Origin: Balanoglossus misakiensis
Taxonomy: Eukaryota > Animalia > Hemichordata
Direction: 5' to 3'
DNA length: 64,000 nt
Assembly: GCA_040954595.2 (NCBI GenBank)
Contig: CM082583.2
Location: 9,286,254 to 9,350,253, forward strand
In this document: positions 1 to 15,000 of the stretch, one piece after another
How the letters are laid out: the number at the start of each line of letters is the position of its first letter
Position numbering within the stretch: position 1 is the stretch's first letter
Program-made: the position numbers and the translations under genes
Notes under the pieces: generated by a model
Told to the model about the DNA's origin: nothing
The model's database searches: none
The model's input: the letters and a program-made list of their open reading frames with translations, nothing else

Positions 1-3000
1 ACGGCTAATATAGCGACTTTGGTGTTAAGTTGAATTCAGGTTCGGACTAGAATTCATTTGCCAACAATAAAATGCTGGGTATTTTAGCATGCTGTAGATG
101 TCAGGAGTGCCAATATTGGCATTTGTAATTTTTAAATAACCTACATTGGCACATCTATGACCTGGCTGATAGCCTTATATGAAAGAACTGGTGATCGCTG
201 ACATAGATCCATTTTTGCTGCACGAAATGTCACGAAGAAAATGTTTTCAGATCAGCTTCATTATCTGGGAATTTTGTGAATCTGGTGTACGTATCACCTC
301 GCGTCTTCATGCAGTTGCTGTTGCCGTGATGGTCGTCGTTGCTAGGCATTTTGTGTGTCACTTTGGAATTGCCATTTTCTCCGCAACACACATCGCTATT
401 AGTGCATGATACCCTAGATGTCTAATTTGCCCCCATACTCGCTGAATAGCCGGCGTACTGTTGCACGGATCATACGGACTGAAATTTCACACCATGAAAT
501 TATGATTAAACAGAAAATAACACCAGATTGCAGCATGTACATTGAATCGCCTCCTATAGAGCTCACGAAACCTGTGTTGAATAGTCTTCGTCTCCATGGA
601 AACATGTCAGGTGTCTATTTGCTTCACTCTGTACATTTTTGGTACAATTTTACAGTGATTATTGAAGTATATATAAGACTGAATAAGCGTGAACTTACTT
701 CAGCATGGGCAAAAAAACTAAAATATAATCTAGACTGTCCAGGGATAGTCCTACTGTGTATAGTATGTAATTTGAAGTTAAATTTGATATTAGACTCTGA
801 TTTTCAGTGCCAGATTTAAAATTAGATAGATAGGAAATTGAATGCACTCTGCAAACCCAATTCTTGCAGATAGCTCTCCGCTCGAAACTCCTCAGATTTT
901 CTAGTCAAAAATGAGTCTATTTGATTCAAATTTTCGCTGATGGTTTCATGGTTTGATGCTGCAATTTAATAGAACAGAGTTTGAACGGAAAAAAAGGAAG
1001 TGCACACCTCATACTTTGACAGTGTATAGAATAACTTGAACTCATTCTGAAGACAGGTTTAAATTTTACCAGGCTTGTATCAAAATAATCAATGCAAAGC
1101 TTTCTTATAATGGGAGTATGCCTTGGGATTATATAAACCCTGTGCTAATCACGGACTCATCAGAAGAAAAAAAACGATGGCATAATATACCTTCATCAGC
1201 ACCGATGATATTTGAATGACAAATTCAATTTAGGGTTGCAACAGAGGCAATCATGATGCGACTGAGAAAAATAAATTTGCTCCGACAATTTGAAGGATGG
1301 GAGGAAATAAAGTCGCCTCCCTTATTGATGATTCTTTATGTATTATACACATTCATAGTCGCAGAAAGTAATTTTCATCTTTTTTTCTGAAAGAATTGCC
1401 CAGGTAGGACTATGAGGTCTTCTTGTACACTGAGGAAATTTGCATGTTGATTCAGATGGCGTAGCATTGTCAGCGGCCCAGTAATGAATCCCTGTCACGT
1501 CACCGGTCTAATAACCCTTTCAGCCAAGAAACACTGCATGGATGTGACCATGGAAACGCATCAACAAAATTCATATACACAGTCATGTGTGCACCCAATT
1601 TGCATACATGGACCTGTCACCGCTGTGCAGATTGAACAGAATACATTATCTACCAAACGACACGATGAAAAATAAAAATGCATACAAAACAGTTGTATCT
1701 GATATAAATACTAGTACCCAATTCTGCGATGCTATAAATTTTCCAACAGCGAGTGGGGCGCTTGCTGCGTGGTTGGCTACTTTTTTTCTTCTTTAGTTAA
1801 ATCGGAATAATCAATCACAGGCGACACCTCTAAATGCCATTCCTATCGAATTATAATAAGAGTGGCTTAATGAAACTCACAGTGATATTATATTGTACAA
1901 TAACAATACATTAGCATTTTTGCTGTATACATATTGCAAGACATCTCTGTCTGATTTCTGTCACCAAAATTTTTAATGGTTTTTCAAGGTGTTGGAAGGA
2001 GAATATGATTCTCGACTAGTGTAGTGGTGAAGTTTGATGAAAAAAAAATGATTGTGGATTTAAAAATTGCAAAATTTGTTTATAATTATGTGGTTTAACC
2101 TTTTTTATTTCAGAAAAGGTAGTGAATGAATGCATTAAAAAAATAAATTCAGACAAGTTAGGTCATCCTCACATAAATAAGTAATTACTATGTGTGTTTA
2201 TCAGGGTCACTCTTTATGGTATCGTTTCAGGCAATTATGCCCTCTCTTCACCTGATAATTTATGCACACAGACATGTTTGTTCATCATAAGTTCATGAAT
2301 TTGTTTAAAATATTCATGAACTCCAAAGGTTAGGCAACCAAGCCATTTTTGCACAATTAATTGCTGGATACTCTCCTATAAAGTAGATGCAGTATCGATT
2401 GCATCCACTCTTTCAGTTGTTCCAATATTTATACACCGAGGCGTTCGATTTTACTGAAGAGCAAACCAGCGTGTTAAACTTGCAAATTAAAAAAAAAATT
2501 GAAATACGTGTACTTTCAATTCTATAAAAAATGATACACATATTATGTCACACATTGCTGATCTTGTACACAACTTGCAGTCAGTATAACAGAATTGAAA
2601 TTTAGGTCAGCTGAAATGCTTACTTAAGAACGAGTGTCTTGAATTTACTAGAGAACGAAAACGATAAAAGCGACTGTTAAAAAGAGCATATAATCTGAAA
2701 TGTCTGTTTACTCTGCTGTTTTGATAAAAACACCTACATTTTTCTACCATATTTATGGATACAAAACTATTACCGTAAATTGAATCCGATTAATTACTGT
2801 GTTTACGATGATATGTTATCAGAGGTCTTGCCCTATATTCCATAAAATGGAGATTTAATGGAAGTTTTTGTCCAATCAGACTGCATGTATTAGAAGGCAT
2901 TGATAGATAGCTTCAGTGCATCCACACAATAATTATGGCAGACCCTGTGGTTGAAACCATATCATTGTAATGGAGACATACATTTATTTAAAAAAAATTG

Positions 3001-6000
3001 CCAATAGCAAGAATGAATACATGTACTTTAAACCAGCTCGCATCTGAAATATTGCAATTATATATTACAGCACAGGCACTATGAATTGGTGATTAATCAA
3101 TCGTATTTCTTTGAAAAGAAGGAAAATCCAGATTTTATCCATGTTGTTTTCCCATCTCAGATGGGCGACTAATCCATCTGAAATGATGAAATCCGGTTTC
3201 TGATTAATGAAGTAATTTGGAGAAGAAAAACATCCAGATTTGAAATTGTAATTCATATACGTATATGTAGGTATATGATTTTAACAGCACTCAAATTTAA
3301 GAAGAGACAAATTTAAAGCCAACTGCATCGATCCCTCATCAACTATCTGTTCATGTCAGTTTTTTTTCAAGCGTAATTCTAGATCTTTCAAGTAAATTCT
3401 GAGAAATATGTACTTCACAGTATTTTCGATTATCATTGAGCATTATATTTGTGAATCGGACTAGAAAATCATAAAGTTCTATTTTTTTGCAGCTGACTTG
3501 GCAGGGGATATATTACATGTGAAATATAGGTTTGATTTCCCCCTTCTTCTCAGTAAAATAGGGACGTATACATCATCCTGCGTGAGAACATAGTGCAATA
3601 TTAAAGGTATGAACACCATGACGGCTCTTTTCAAGGACGCCTCTTTGCATATTATATCCGTTCATGAAAAGCATTTTATTGTCGGGGAGGAGATCCGAAG
3701 AGTGGTAAAAGTGCTGCATCTGAAAAGGTGATGATCTCGGGATGTATACGCGATAATAGCCGCATCAGTGGCGCTAAATTACCAGATCCCCGAGCCAGCG
3801 TGGTGCTTCATGGAGTTCCTTGGTCCCCCGTGGACTTTTCAGTCTCTACGGTTCAAAGGGATTTATTGGAAATTTTGGTTATCAGCAGCGCGGCTAATTT
3901 TGTTTGTGTAAAGAAGAGAGAACAAAATAAGATACTGTAGTCGATCGAATTTCCCGGAGTTTTGTGTAGAATTTCGCTTGGGATTTTATTTGCTTAGATT
4001 GAGGTTTTAGGCAATTCACTAGGGATAAGATCTGAATCAAAGTAGATATTATAACCGACGGGAATGTTTGATTGAAGGGTGTGTGTGAATTAAATATTCT
4101 ACTTTGGAGTTTGGAGGAAGAATCAGGTAACGCGTACAATGATCTTCTTTCGCGTTACTTTTGTTAATGGCATTTATTTTAGTTCCATGCGTCTTTCTGG
4201 GTGCCAGATTCGTGCATGCATCTTGCATTTGAATCTATCCATCCATTCGTCCGTCCGTCGATCCATATGTGTTTCCAGCAGTGCATGCATCTTGCATCAA
4301 TGATCGTCCGTACACAGTCCAATCATCCAATTATTCTTTCTGGCTGCACCACTGGCGTCCGTCACCTCTTGCTCCAAGACTCAAGTCACATATACAAATA
4401 CTGAAGAATTAAAAATGGAAAAGTTGTAACGCATGTACATTAAAGTTTCCGCAACTGAATCCGCACCATTCCTTAAAATGTAACTGTGAATGGATCAAGC
4501 CAGTTTTGACTGCCCTTTTGAGGTTTTTAACAGATTGCGAAACACCCGTGCAGTGACGGTATAATGGACAGACATGCTTCAGTGATCTGCCTAATTCCCT
4601 TTTCTGTCTCGATCTGATGCTCTTCAAAACAGCACACTGATTCGCCATTAACATCAAGGCATGTCAAGAGACTTGACACTCTAAAAATTGATGGCATGGA
4701 GCATTTCTGATACTAAGCAATACACTTAGTGTTGTTTATAATCCCGCTCAAATCCAAAGATAACAGGTATGCATGCAAGGTGACCTAAGCTTATTTTTTT
4801 AAAGGAAAGTTAAGTTGCACGCAATATTTTAATTTATTCTTTTTTCTTGAGTGTATATACATGTAGCTTCTTGAAGTTCAATATACTTGAGTCCCTTGAG
4901 GTTTTTAGACTACTAGGACATGCTGACAGTACGAGATACTGACGCAACTTCCTTCTTTCTCTGGGAAAGTAGTTCAAACTTTCACCCCATGCACTTTATG
5001 TACAAGTGAGTTATGGAATATGCCCCAGTCTCTCTGAAAGGTTCTGATTGAGAACGATTCTTAGAAATACCTCACATATCTTGTCTGATGAATTGTGAAT
5101 CAAATTTGCTGAAAGCAAGCGTCTAAATTGTGCCAATGATGGAAAAATGGAAAAACTATAAATAAGTTCATGAAAAGATTTACTGGGGCCACAGTGCACG
5201 TCGTTATATTAGCACTCGGCTCGAGTACACACATGTATATATTTTGTATAAATAGCATAGTTTGCTGTAGGGCACTGGTCTACAATATCACCACTGGACG
5301 AATCTTTCCACTTTTCATATTTCACATTATAAAGGTCTCGCAGCAGTGCCATTCATCTTTCACCCCCATCTCTCAGCGATTTCATCAGAGATTCGTAATG
5401 GCGATATGCGTAATTGCAACATTTAGTGTTTTTATGGCAGTCATAGATTCAGCTAACATGATGGAGTAGCTGATCCTGTCGGGCAGACAGGCAAGTCAAG
5501 TTGAGTAATTGCTCATCTTCCCTGAGAGATCTCAGAAATCAGAAATATCAACATCTAGCTCCTGCATCTTGTATAAATTAAAATTAATAGCAGAATACCA
5601 TATTTTTATACCAATTTTTTAAAACTATAAAGTAACCTTTCTCAAGAATGTCACCTCTAAAGCTACATTGTATTCAGAATTAGCACTGCATCATATTGAG
5701 CATGAATGAAATTTCATTTTGAATTTCTGCAATTTTATTGTCCAGCTGGAGAACTCTCAGCTGTGTGTAATCACAGACTTTCCACTTGCCGCCAGATTTT
5801 ACGACCATAAAATTATCCGTGAGCTTGTACTGTATCTGCAGGCTTGACACAAGCACGATTTATGATTTGCTATTTGAGGCCATAATCTTAATAATCGGAG
5901 ATGTATTTTATGAATTTCTCAAACAAAAGTGACTTGTATATCAAGGTCACCTATGCATCACTTCTTGGTGATGTAGCTATGTACCGTAGTTGTAAATGGT

Positions 6001-9000
6001 CTATTCATGGTATTTTAAGTCAGAAGTTAAAATTATATTGTGTTTGTATCATATTGTTCAGTCAAAAACAGTCACTAAATGTGTTTTGATAAATGGAGAT
6101 TTTTCTCAGGATTTTTTAATTGAATGGAAAGACTAAAATAGGCAAAATCAATGCAATTTAATCCCTTGGCTACCCTCAGCCATGTAACCCTATACCAAAC
6201 AAACTATAGATCCCTATTAATTTGCGCCGGAATTTTCCGGCTGGTAATAAAGGTACGTATATAGCAATTAAATATGTTGCCAGGAATTTCCGGCACTATA
6301 GGTAGTCAAGGGGTTAATTTGACTGTTTACTGTAATGGGAGACCTAGTAGCAGAAAAAAAAATAGTCATGCGGACCTTGATTGTTGTAGCAATACCAGGG
6401 CTGTCGAATGTAATAAATCTGGTCGCAAATCCCACTCCAGGCAAAAAGAATGTCAAGTTGTTTGTGTCACTAGTAGTTTGAAAGCCTTGTACTGCCGTCA
6501 GAGGACGCAGAAATGATCGTGAATTCAGGATGAACTGATACACCATCTTCCAAAAAATGCCCGTGAACTACATAAATTCTTTCTCTTTTGGTTCTTGAAA
6601 CAGAAACACTATCATATAATACTTTGATCACCAAAGGGAATAGATATTTTCAAGTTTTGTACTGCCTTCAGTGACACAGCTATCTCCAAGATGCCAGATG
6701 TTTAGATACGGCTATAAATGCCACAATAAAAAGGTACACCACAGACTCTTGTGTGTTTATAATGAACTGATTTCTGTTTGCCCGTTGGCGATCGGACTCT
6801 TGTGTCATCATCCAGTCTGCAAATCCACCGTTTGAGATCCGCAGTAGCTGAGTGTCTTGAGTGTTGGCAAATTACATTGTTTAGCCGTGGGTTCATAGAG
6901 CGAACAGGTTGTTGTAGCTCCTGCAAGTGTTCTTCTGGGTTTTGGAGTTCTGCTGAATACGTGCAAACGGCGTCCCCCATGAGAAGTGAGTACAGCAATC
7001 ATTTCCGGAGCTTAGAACTTGCTGTGAAGAATGTATAAACAGTAAGTGGTGGTTTTCTTTGATGATGCTGAACTTCCTTGGACACTTTGCGACAGATACA
7101 GAAAATAGTGGCCCCAAAAGCTAACCCTATCACTAGATCTGTCAGTGCAGTACATCATCTGCGTGTGAAAATTCTAAATTGCATGCGCCCAATAAAATAT
7201 ATACTTTCTAGATTATTGCATCTCCTTGGTAACAAACATTTGAAAATCGACCACAAACGAGGTTAATTGCATTGTGAACTGGCTGGGTTATTTTTTTTTT
7301 AAAGTACGCTTTATTGCCGGTCAGATCCAACCACTTTAACAAGCACAATCATCAAAAAAAAAAATACAGCTGCCAAGTTTTCTGTGCATGCAATCAGAAA
7401 ATGGTCTTTTGCATGAAGTGTGCGCCCAAGCGCAGAAATCGCATCACATTACTGCCGTAATAGTTATACATTATGAAGTCATTGAGGCTATTATTGCAAA
7501 GAAACACAGACCCACAGAATGTTTCATATGAATAAATAGTGCTCTGACCTAACCACGCCATTTTTAATGGTTTGAGCAACATTTGCTTCCCAGAATTCAT
7601 AGCTTCCTGTTTCTTGTTGGTCTGCACGCGACGTCGCCTTCTTTTTTGTTTCCGTGACGATTTCTTGCACAGAAAACACAAAAGCATAGGACGATCGAGA
7701 AGAGAAAGTTTGACTGCCAAGATTGTTTGGCATTTGCACATTCACGGGCAATTACCTGTTTGAAAACTAGTGATCATTATCGCCCCAAGTTGGTCATGAA
7801 GCTTTGTATATTTACAATATGGGCTTATCACAAACAGACTATTAGTCTTGTCTGCAGGTACATGTATGCCTGTCAATCAGAGAAGCCACAGGAAAAATCT
7901 GACGTCTGTCACAAACAATTACTTTTCAACGTTGCCTTTCACATTTTTTTTGAGGAATCTATTTCCATTTTATCGAGCAGCGGTGTCACTCTGCAACTCT
8001 TGTTGCGATCGAATCACGTGTGCGATTCACACGGTCGGATAAAAATCAAATCGGCATTGACGTCTGGTGATACGCTTCTTTCTCGCGCAAGACAAAAAAC
8101 GAGAGAAAGGGGGACTGCTGAATGGTGATCCAGCGTGTTTTGAACGAGATTATATTAAGATAGTGAGGAGAAAGCGCAGCAGCTGGTACTACCAGCCATT
8201 CAGGTGGTGCAATGATACTCATGTGGCTGTGATGAATGCACGGAAGTCGAGTCACACTGTTTTGAAGCATTAAAAATCAATTGAAGAGGTTCTTTAAATG
8301 CCAAAGCAGTTACCCGCAGTATATACATGTACACATGCTATAGATAGCTATCAGACGGGGGGAAAAAGGTTTTCCCCAAGAGATGACTTTATCAGAAAAA
8401 TAAACCGACTGAAAAAGAACTTGTTTGTGTCAGCTAGCTATCACCTGACTCGATTTATTCTCAATCTTGATGTGACCCGTGTTCATTACTGCGATAATGT
8501 CAACTGTCACAGAACTTATCAGTTCTTTGAGTCTGGCCGGCTTCTTGGAAATGCCGGCAATTTCCATGCAAATCAAGCCGACACAGTCATTCAGGGGAAT
8601 GGGAAATTTTAACAGCAGTTCCCCCCCCCCCCCCAAACAAATCAAAACAACAATACAAACAAAGAAAATATTTTATATGAGATGAGGGTGCTCATGGGAA
8701 ATTAAAGTGACAATTTGACTTCAGTTTTCTGTGAATAGTTATTTTGTCTATCTCATCACTGGATGTCTTTTAGTTTGTGATCTTAGACATACACTTTTAT
8801 TGTGGTCTGTACAACGGCCAGATTATTTCCGAGTCACTGTGAGAACTTATCAAAATTCCAAGAGTCATCCCACCGCCTCATTACCCGGAGAATGAAAGAT
8901 GGGCTGCAGTCATGTGGGCTCTTTATCGCAAAGTCAGTGGCATTTTAAACTCGATTGGATTAAAGAGATACTGGGAATCGATCGATGGCTGTCCTGTTTC

Positions 9001-12000
9001 CAAGAGCAAGGTCACCTAGAAATCAAAATGACCACCTGTTTTCTACAGCACTGAACTTGTACATATTAGACTCATTTTCTTCTTGATTTGTTGGTCAAAG
9101 TTATTGGAATATTAGTTCACAAATATGCCCCATCATCACGTACTGTCTTGAAAACTGGTAACCCTGTATATGTGATTGATGGCAAAGAAATTTGAAAACT
9201 GTTATCTGCCGTGTTATCAACTCTAAGTGTTGTTTCAAAAGAAAGTCTTAGCCAAGCGTGAAATTCTATTTTGTGAAGTTTGTCTATGATTAAAGGCTAT
9301 TGTGAAATTGTGCAGTTACAACTGTAGATAAATACAGTGCAAGATAAAGGATTAAAAATTGTATGGCCCAATTATTTGTAATTTACACCGAGAGACCTGT
9401 ACAGGTTCTATTCCAGAGTTTGACCCATTAGAATCATAAAATCAAATCATTATGTATATAGTTACTATATAACTGCTTGAAATTTACAGAATACGCAATC
9501 TTGTTGTCGTCTGTTTTCAATGGCTGCCACGCACACATTATGGATAATGAGGAGGAAAACAGTGTTTTTGGCCGCCAATTTCACAATGACTGTAGCGAAA
9601 GTATAAATAATGGCGGAGAGTAATTTCGCTCCATTTCAAAACAAGCCAGAGTGTTCTCGATGCTGTGAAATGGAAATTGATGAAATGGCATCGCGGGGCG
9701 GGGTTGGATTATTAAAAGGAATTGCGTCAGCAGGGTTTTCTCTTTCACGTTTTTGTTTGGTGTAATTAGTACTTGACAGGTTGACTTAAGAGAAAGTGTC
9801 ACAGTAATGCCGGCCATTGTGATGAACAGTAGAATAATTGCAGCCATATTGGTTGCTATGGCAATGGTAACATGCAGTGCCATGTTGATAGATCCGAGCT
9901 GTGTCGTGGTTTTGACGCACATGCTCTCAAATGAGGAACTCGTTTTTTTATTTAAAAAAAAAAGACGGTCACCTCTTAAGGTCTTTGAAATGTCATAAAT
10001 GACAAATTATAAGCATTATGCATGTTTTCTAACGTTATTGTGTCTGTCAGTTGTAAATATGATCTGTTCAGGAAAATTACTTTTTATTCTTACGTCAAAG
10101 CATGACTAAGGCCATCATTAAAGGGGGAAGCACGTAAAAACCCAAGATATGGGCATGACCTTCTTTTTTATATGACGTTTTTTTATTTTGGCGGTGTCCG
10201 TCACTGAAATTCTGTCGGGTGTGGAGCATTAAACTCGTCAGGGTGTATGTTGTGTTTTGATTGGTTTTTAAAAGGGGTTGCGTCAGTACGTTTTGTGAGG
10301 TCACAGGTGACGCTATCACAGGGTGACATGTAGGTTGCATTCAACAAAAACCCAATTGTAACCCTGTCAGTTAAGCTAGCTCCCTCACTCCTGACTCCTG
10401 TTGCAGTGGTTGAGCACTCAGAATTTAAAATCACTTGCATTTGAATGGGTGAATGTCATGATAGCAGTTGACAAAAAAAATACTGCAGTTTCTTCCGGAA
10501 ATATGATGCAACGCCCGACATTTTGCTTAGCAGAACATATTTGTGGATGTAGTCAGCATAATTGTTATTATACAAAAGCGATGATGAAAAGAATATGTCT
10601 GCTTGATCTGCTTGATCTTTAGGAAAATGGAAATACTGTAACAAGTTTTGGCAGCAAATTCAGAAAATGACGATACCTCCCTTGGTAGAAATTAACTCTG
10701 AGACACGCACAATTTGTTGACTGTAGAGTATCATTAGTCACGGTGCACGATCCTTATAGTGGCGATCGATACTTCACAAAAAAATATCTTTCCAAAAGTT
10801 TACTGTTAGTGTAGAGCTTTTTTATGAATATCGCTGCTGTAATCTTTCCATCATAACTCTGCCACTCATAAGTGCTATTCTGAAAATAGGCAGCAAAATT
10901 GTATCTGGCTACTCAATTTGTGAACAAGATGGCTATCTGATAACTTGGAACTGTAAAAAGCATATGGCAGTAAGCAATCACAGGCTAATTTTGTTTCTGA
11001 ATCAAGGAATTTACTTTCTTTCTTACAATCCATCTCATCAGAATACCACTTTGGGGAATTTGGTTGCTATGGCGATCAAAGCCTTGAACCTTTTATCGCT
11101 CAAGGCATCAAGACATTGGACTCGATACAAAGTGCTTTTGTCTTGGAAACTGCAATAAGCTCTTTAGCATCTCCCTAATATACGCTTACAGTACGCAGTA
11201 CATGTGTATTACCACACTCAAAGAATATTCTCCACAAGAGGTTTAAGATCCCCATTAGTATAGATGCATTATGTAGCGCTACATGTTTTTTTGTGAACGA
11301 GTTTTGAGTAGATGGGCTATATAGATGTTAGAGTCGTGAGAATTAAGATTAAGAAGATTCTGAGCATTTCCAAGTAAACCAGAATGTTGTGCTATTGATG
11401 GCACGTAAAGATTATTTCCATGGTGAATTACACACATGAATTCTTGAAGCAGCCGTGCCTGGCACTGTGTATCTAAGAGTATGTACGTGTATCATACAAA
11501 TGTAGGTACCTTTTACGTGACATGTTGATTCCTTGAAATTCATGTTAATGGTAGAGTTCATGAGCATATATGCCCTACATGTATACAAAATATTGTAAAA
11601 CTTATATCAATGCTATTGAACTCTTGGATATTTTTTAACAATCTAACAACCATCTGTTGCTTAAACTTTGATCTACATAACAGCACTCTTCAGTGCTGTA
11701 TTTTTCATGTGTGTATAGATGTGCTGTATACACAGAAATTCATGTGTCGCCATTTTGAGAAAATTCACATCGCAAAAAATTGACTGTACGCTAAACATGA
11801 TCACTGTACCTTGTTGGCTGTCATTACATTAACAGGGAAGGTCAATAGCCAGTCAGAGACAAGTGAAAATGAATCACCATAACAACCACGATGCTTGTTT
11901 CGTGTCCTCAGCTCTGTCGCCATGGCAACAAATAAGGTTGAACTGTGGTCACAGCTAATATAACACTTGCTAATGGTATGAAAGTCATCTAGCCATGTTC

Positions 12001-15000
12001 ACCTCAAACAAAAGCCGACAGCGGTTTATTTCCCACAGATTTCCATCAAAGGTGGTATTTTATTTTAAGATAACAAGGGAGTCTCACTCCATTAGCAGAG
12101 TCAGTTGCATTGTATTTCCTGCAGGGTGGACTTTGAGAATTGTATTTTTTTTTGGGGGGGGGGGATTAAATCCAGGCTGCGATTGGGAGGGAAGGGGAGC
12201 CTTGACACATGTAGGAGTATAGGTATGACCCAATTGACCCAATTACAAATATGATGCGCAAATTTTAAATCGTGAATCTGCAGAAACTGTTGCGCAACTG
12301 ATGAGGTAATCCAGGCTCTTAGGTATACAAGGAGAAAACTTAAATCTTGTCTTGCAAATGGATGACGTATAATCTCTGCAAGAGTCTTTTCAATTGCAGT
12401 TAAGTATTGCCGATGGTGTGCATGGGTATGCGGGAATAATTGAATGTATGGATATTTTTTGTCAATTCGTTAAAAATCGAGTTTGAGATGTATCAGTGTA
12501 GTTGAAATTACGTTAAGTTGAACAAAGCAAGTATATAATGTTGATCTCTTTGAGTGTGTAAGTAAAAATAGCTGACACTTTCAATGAAAACATTTGAATT
12601 CTGAAAGTATAAATTATTTTGTCTTCTTTAGAATAATGATTTACCGTACAATATGCCGCCTGTCTATAAATTTACAGACGGGAGAGACGCAGCCTTTTAT
12701 GCTGAAGGTTTATCGTCTTTGGAATTAAAAACATTTTGAATGTGGAAATGATTTGTATTTCTGTCCTTGTGTGATTGTATCTGAAAAGCATAAATCAGAG
12801 AGTATTATATTAAGTGGAAATTTAGACCTGCAGCATTAAAGCAGGGTCACCTTGAGGGATTCTACGGGGAGTCCCGCTGACGTCTTTCATGGATTTAAAA
12901 GGTCATGCAGTGCCGTCACGTTAAGGAGGTTCGATCACCGCGCTTTCGATATAGGGAACGTCTTTGCCAATGAAACCCAAAGGGTGTTAACGCAAGTACA
13001 TATTTATGTACGGAATGATTTGTGTGAATAAGCCTTGACTTCTTTAGAGGAAAACTCGAGAACTGCGGGATTTCACCTTGTACTCACTGGATATATATAT
13101 ATATCAGTAAATGTATGCATTATTTTCCAGGAAATTACTTTGAACCCGATTCAAATCAGTGGACTGCCAAATTTTTTATTAATATCTGAAATGAATAATT
13201 GAAAAATAGCCAAATAGAGGCTTGCTAAACCATACCATTGGCATCTTGTCCCTCACTTTATTACACTGAAAGTAAGGTGAATCCAAGTATCATATCAGAC
13301 ATTTTATGTCACTTATATTACAGATTTTTTATACTTAGCTTCACGGATCTTTGTGATTTGTAAGAAAAACACTTTTTTGTGAATGTTGATCTTGACCAAG
13401 ATTGCATCAATTTCAAGCAAAAAACTCATTTCAGGGGGGAAAAATGAAGATTCTATGAATGTGCTCCTCACGTTTAAAGAGTGTATTTAAGCAGTGGTGA
13501 CCATGATGTGAAAAATGCTTATTTGGTGTCACGCGATAACCTCAATAAACCGCTGTTCCGTCATCAGAGCGTGTATATCCGGAGGCTGATCCAGGATGCC
13601 TAATGTTTCCAGAACAATGCCAGTTTTTAATGCTAAGGCTTTTATTTCAATACCAGGAACAGTCTTCGCTGCTGGTCAAAGCATAATAGTGTTTAAAAAT
13701 GGGATCATATTTCATGAATGCAGCGGTCTCCAATAACTGAATTTATCCATTTGTGCAGTGCTGCGTGAATGACAAATATGAAAATTCAGCCACATTCGTC
13801 ACTCCACGTAATAAAGTTTTATGAATAAAATAGAGGCGATTTCCTTATGCGCTCGTCCTCCAATTACCTTTAATCGAATCACCTTACACTGATGAAAATG
13901 TTCCAAAATGTCAGCTCCCAGCGATGATTCGGTTGTCGGCTGGCTGCCATGGTAACAGACGTTGCAATCTTATTACTTTACAAATTTTATTATCCTTTTT
14001 CACACTCAAATACGCGATCCCCGATGAACACGTGTTTGATAAACGAAACAAGGTAATTGTTCGTAATTGCCACTGTGCTTTATTAGTTTTTGGACTGCTG
14101 CAGCTTTAACAAGGAGTCCGCCATCTTGTTGCCATGGATTCCAGGGTGATTGACAGCCACCGTGAATCTCACTAAATGTCAGTGTCTTGTATAAGGTTTT
14201 CCAGATGACAAATGTCTGCCATTCAAATAGCTGGTATGAATCTAATGCCTCCAGGCTGTTGTATAAATCACTCCAGTTGTGTGTGTGTTGTATATTGTTG
14301 TATGATACATGTGATATTGAGAGAATCCAGACATCCATAATTATCATGTGATATCTGCAGTTTCAGTACTGGGTTGGTCCAGAATGGACACGTGATAGGC
14401 TTTCTATTCCAGTGTCAACATTGTTTGACGCAGTTTGCAAAAAGAGGGAAGCTTTCATGAAGAAGAATGTTAAGAGTTTGGGTCAATCTGTAATATCATA
14501 CTTGAGTCATAACTCTTAAAAAAAAACCAAAGCTTTTGAATTTCCAATGCCATAAAGGCACATGAATGTTTTTTTTAGAAATTATAATTCCGCCGTAAAC
14601 AGACCAAGACTAGAAAAGTACCTCGGATTCCTTTCACACTGAAGGTCTTTCAGAAATGAATAAATGCTGCCACTTTTAAACCCCTCAGTTGCAGGGCTGT
14701 CAATGATGTTGCCATGCGCGCTGAATGAACCCCTTTCCCATCAACCCCTACTTCCTCATCCCAGTGATCAAGCCCTGAGATTGGAGAGTGTGTTGTACGT
14801 ATAAACCACACAGCTGAGATGACGGGCGCCAAGAGTGCCTCAATTTGCCGTTGTTTATTTTCCCCGCGAATGAAATGTTTGAATTAGGCGAAAGTAAGAG
14901 CTTTTAGCAAATGTGCAAATGTGCCGAGTAATTGGTTTCCACGCAGTGTTCAGGCTGCGTTTTTAGTACCAGATTCTGAGGTGACAGGCTCCTTTTGTCA

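Noticed and set aside
6702-7763. Cluster of overlapping short ORFs (including KQKRRRRR) suggesting a nested gene
   Set aside because: No recognisable domain and no consistent splice chain could be built.
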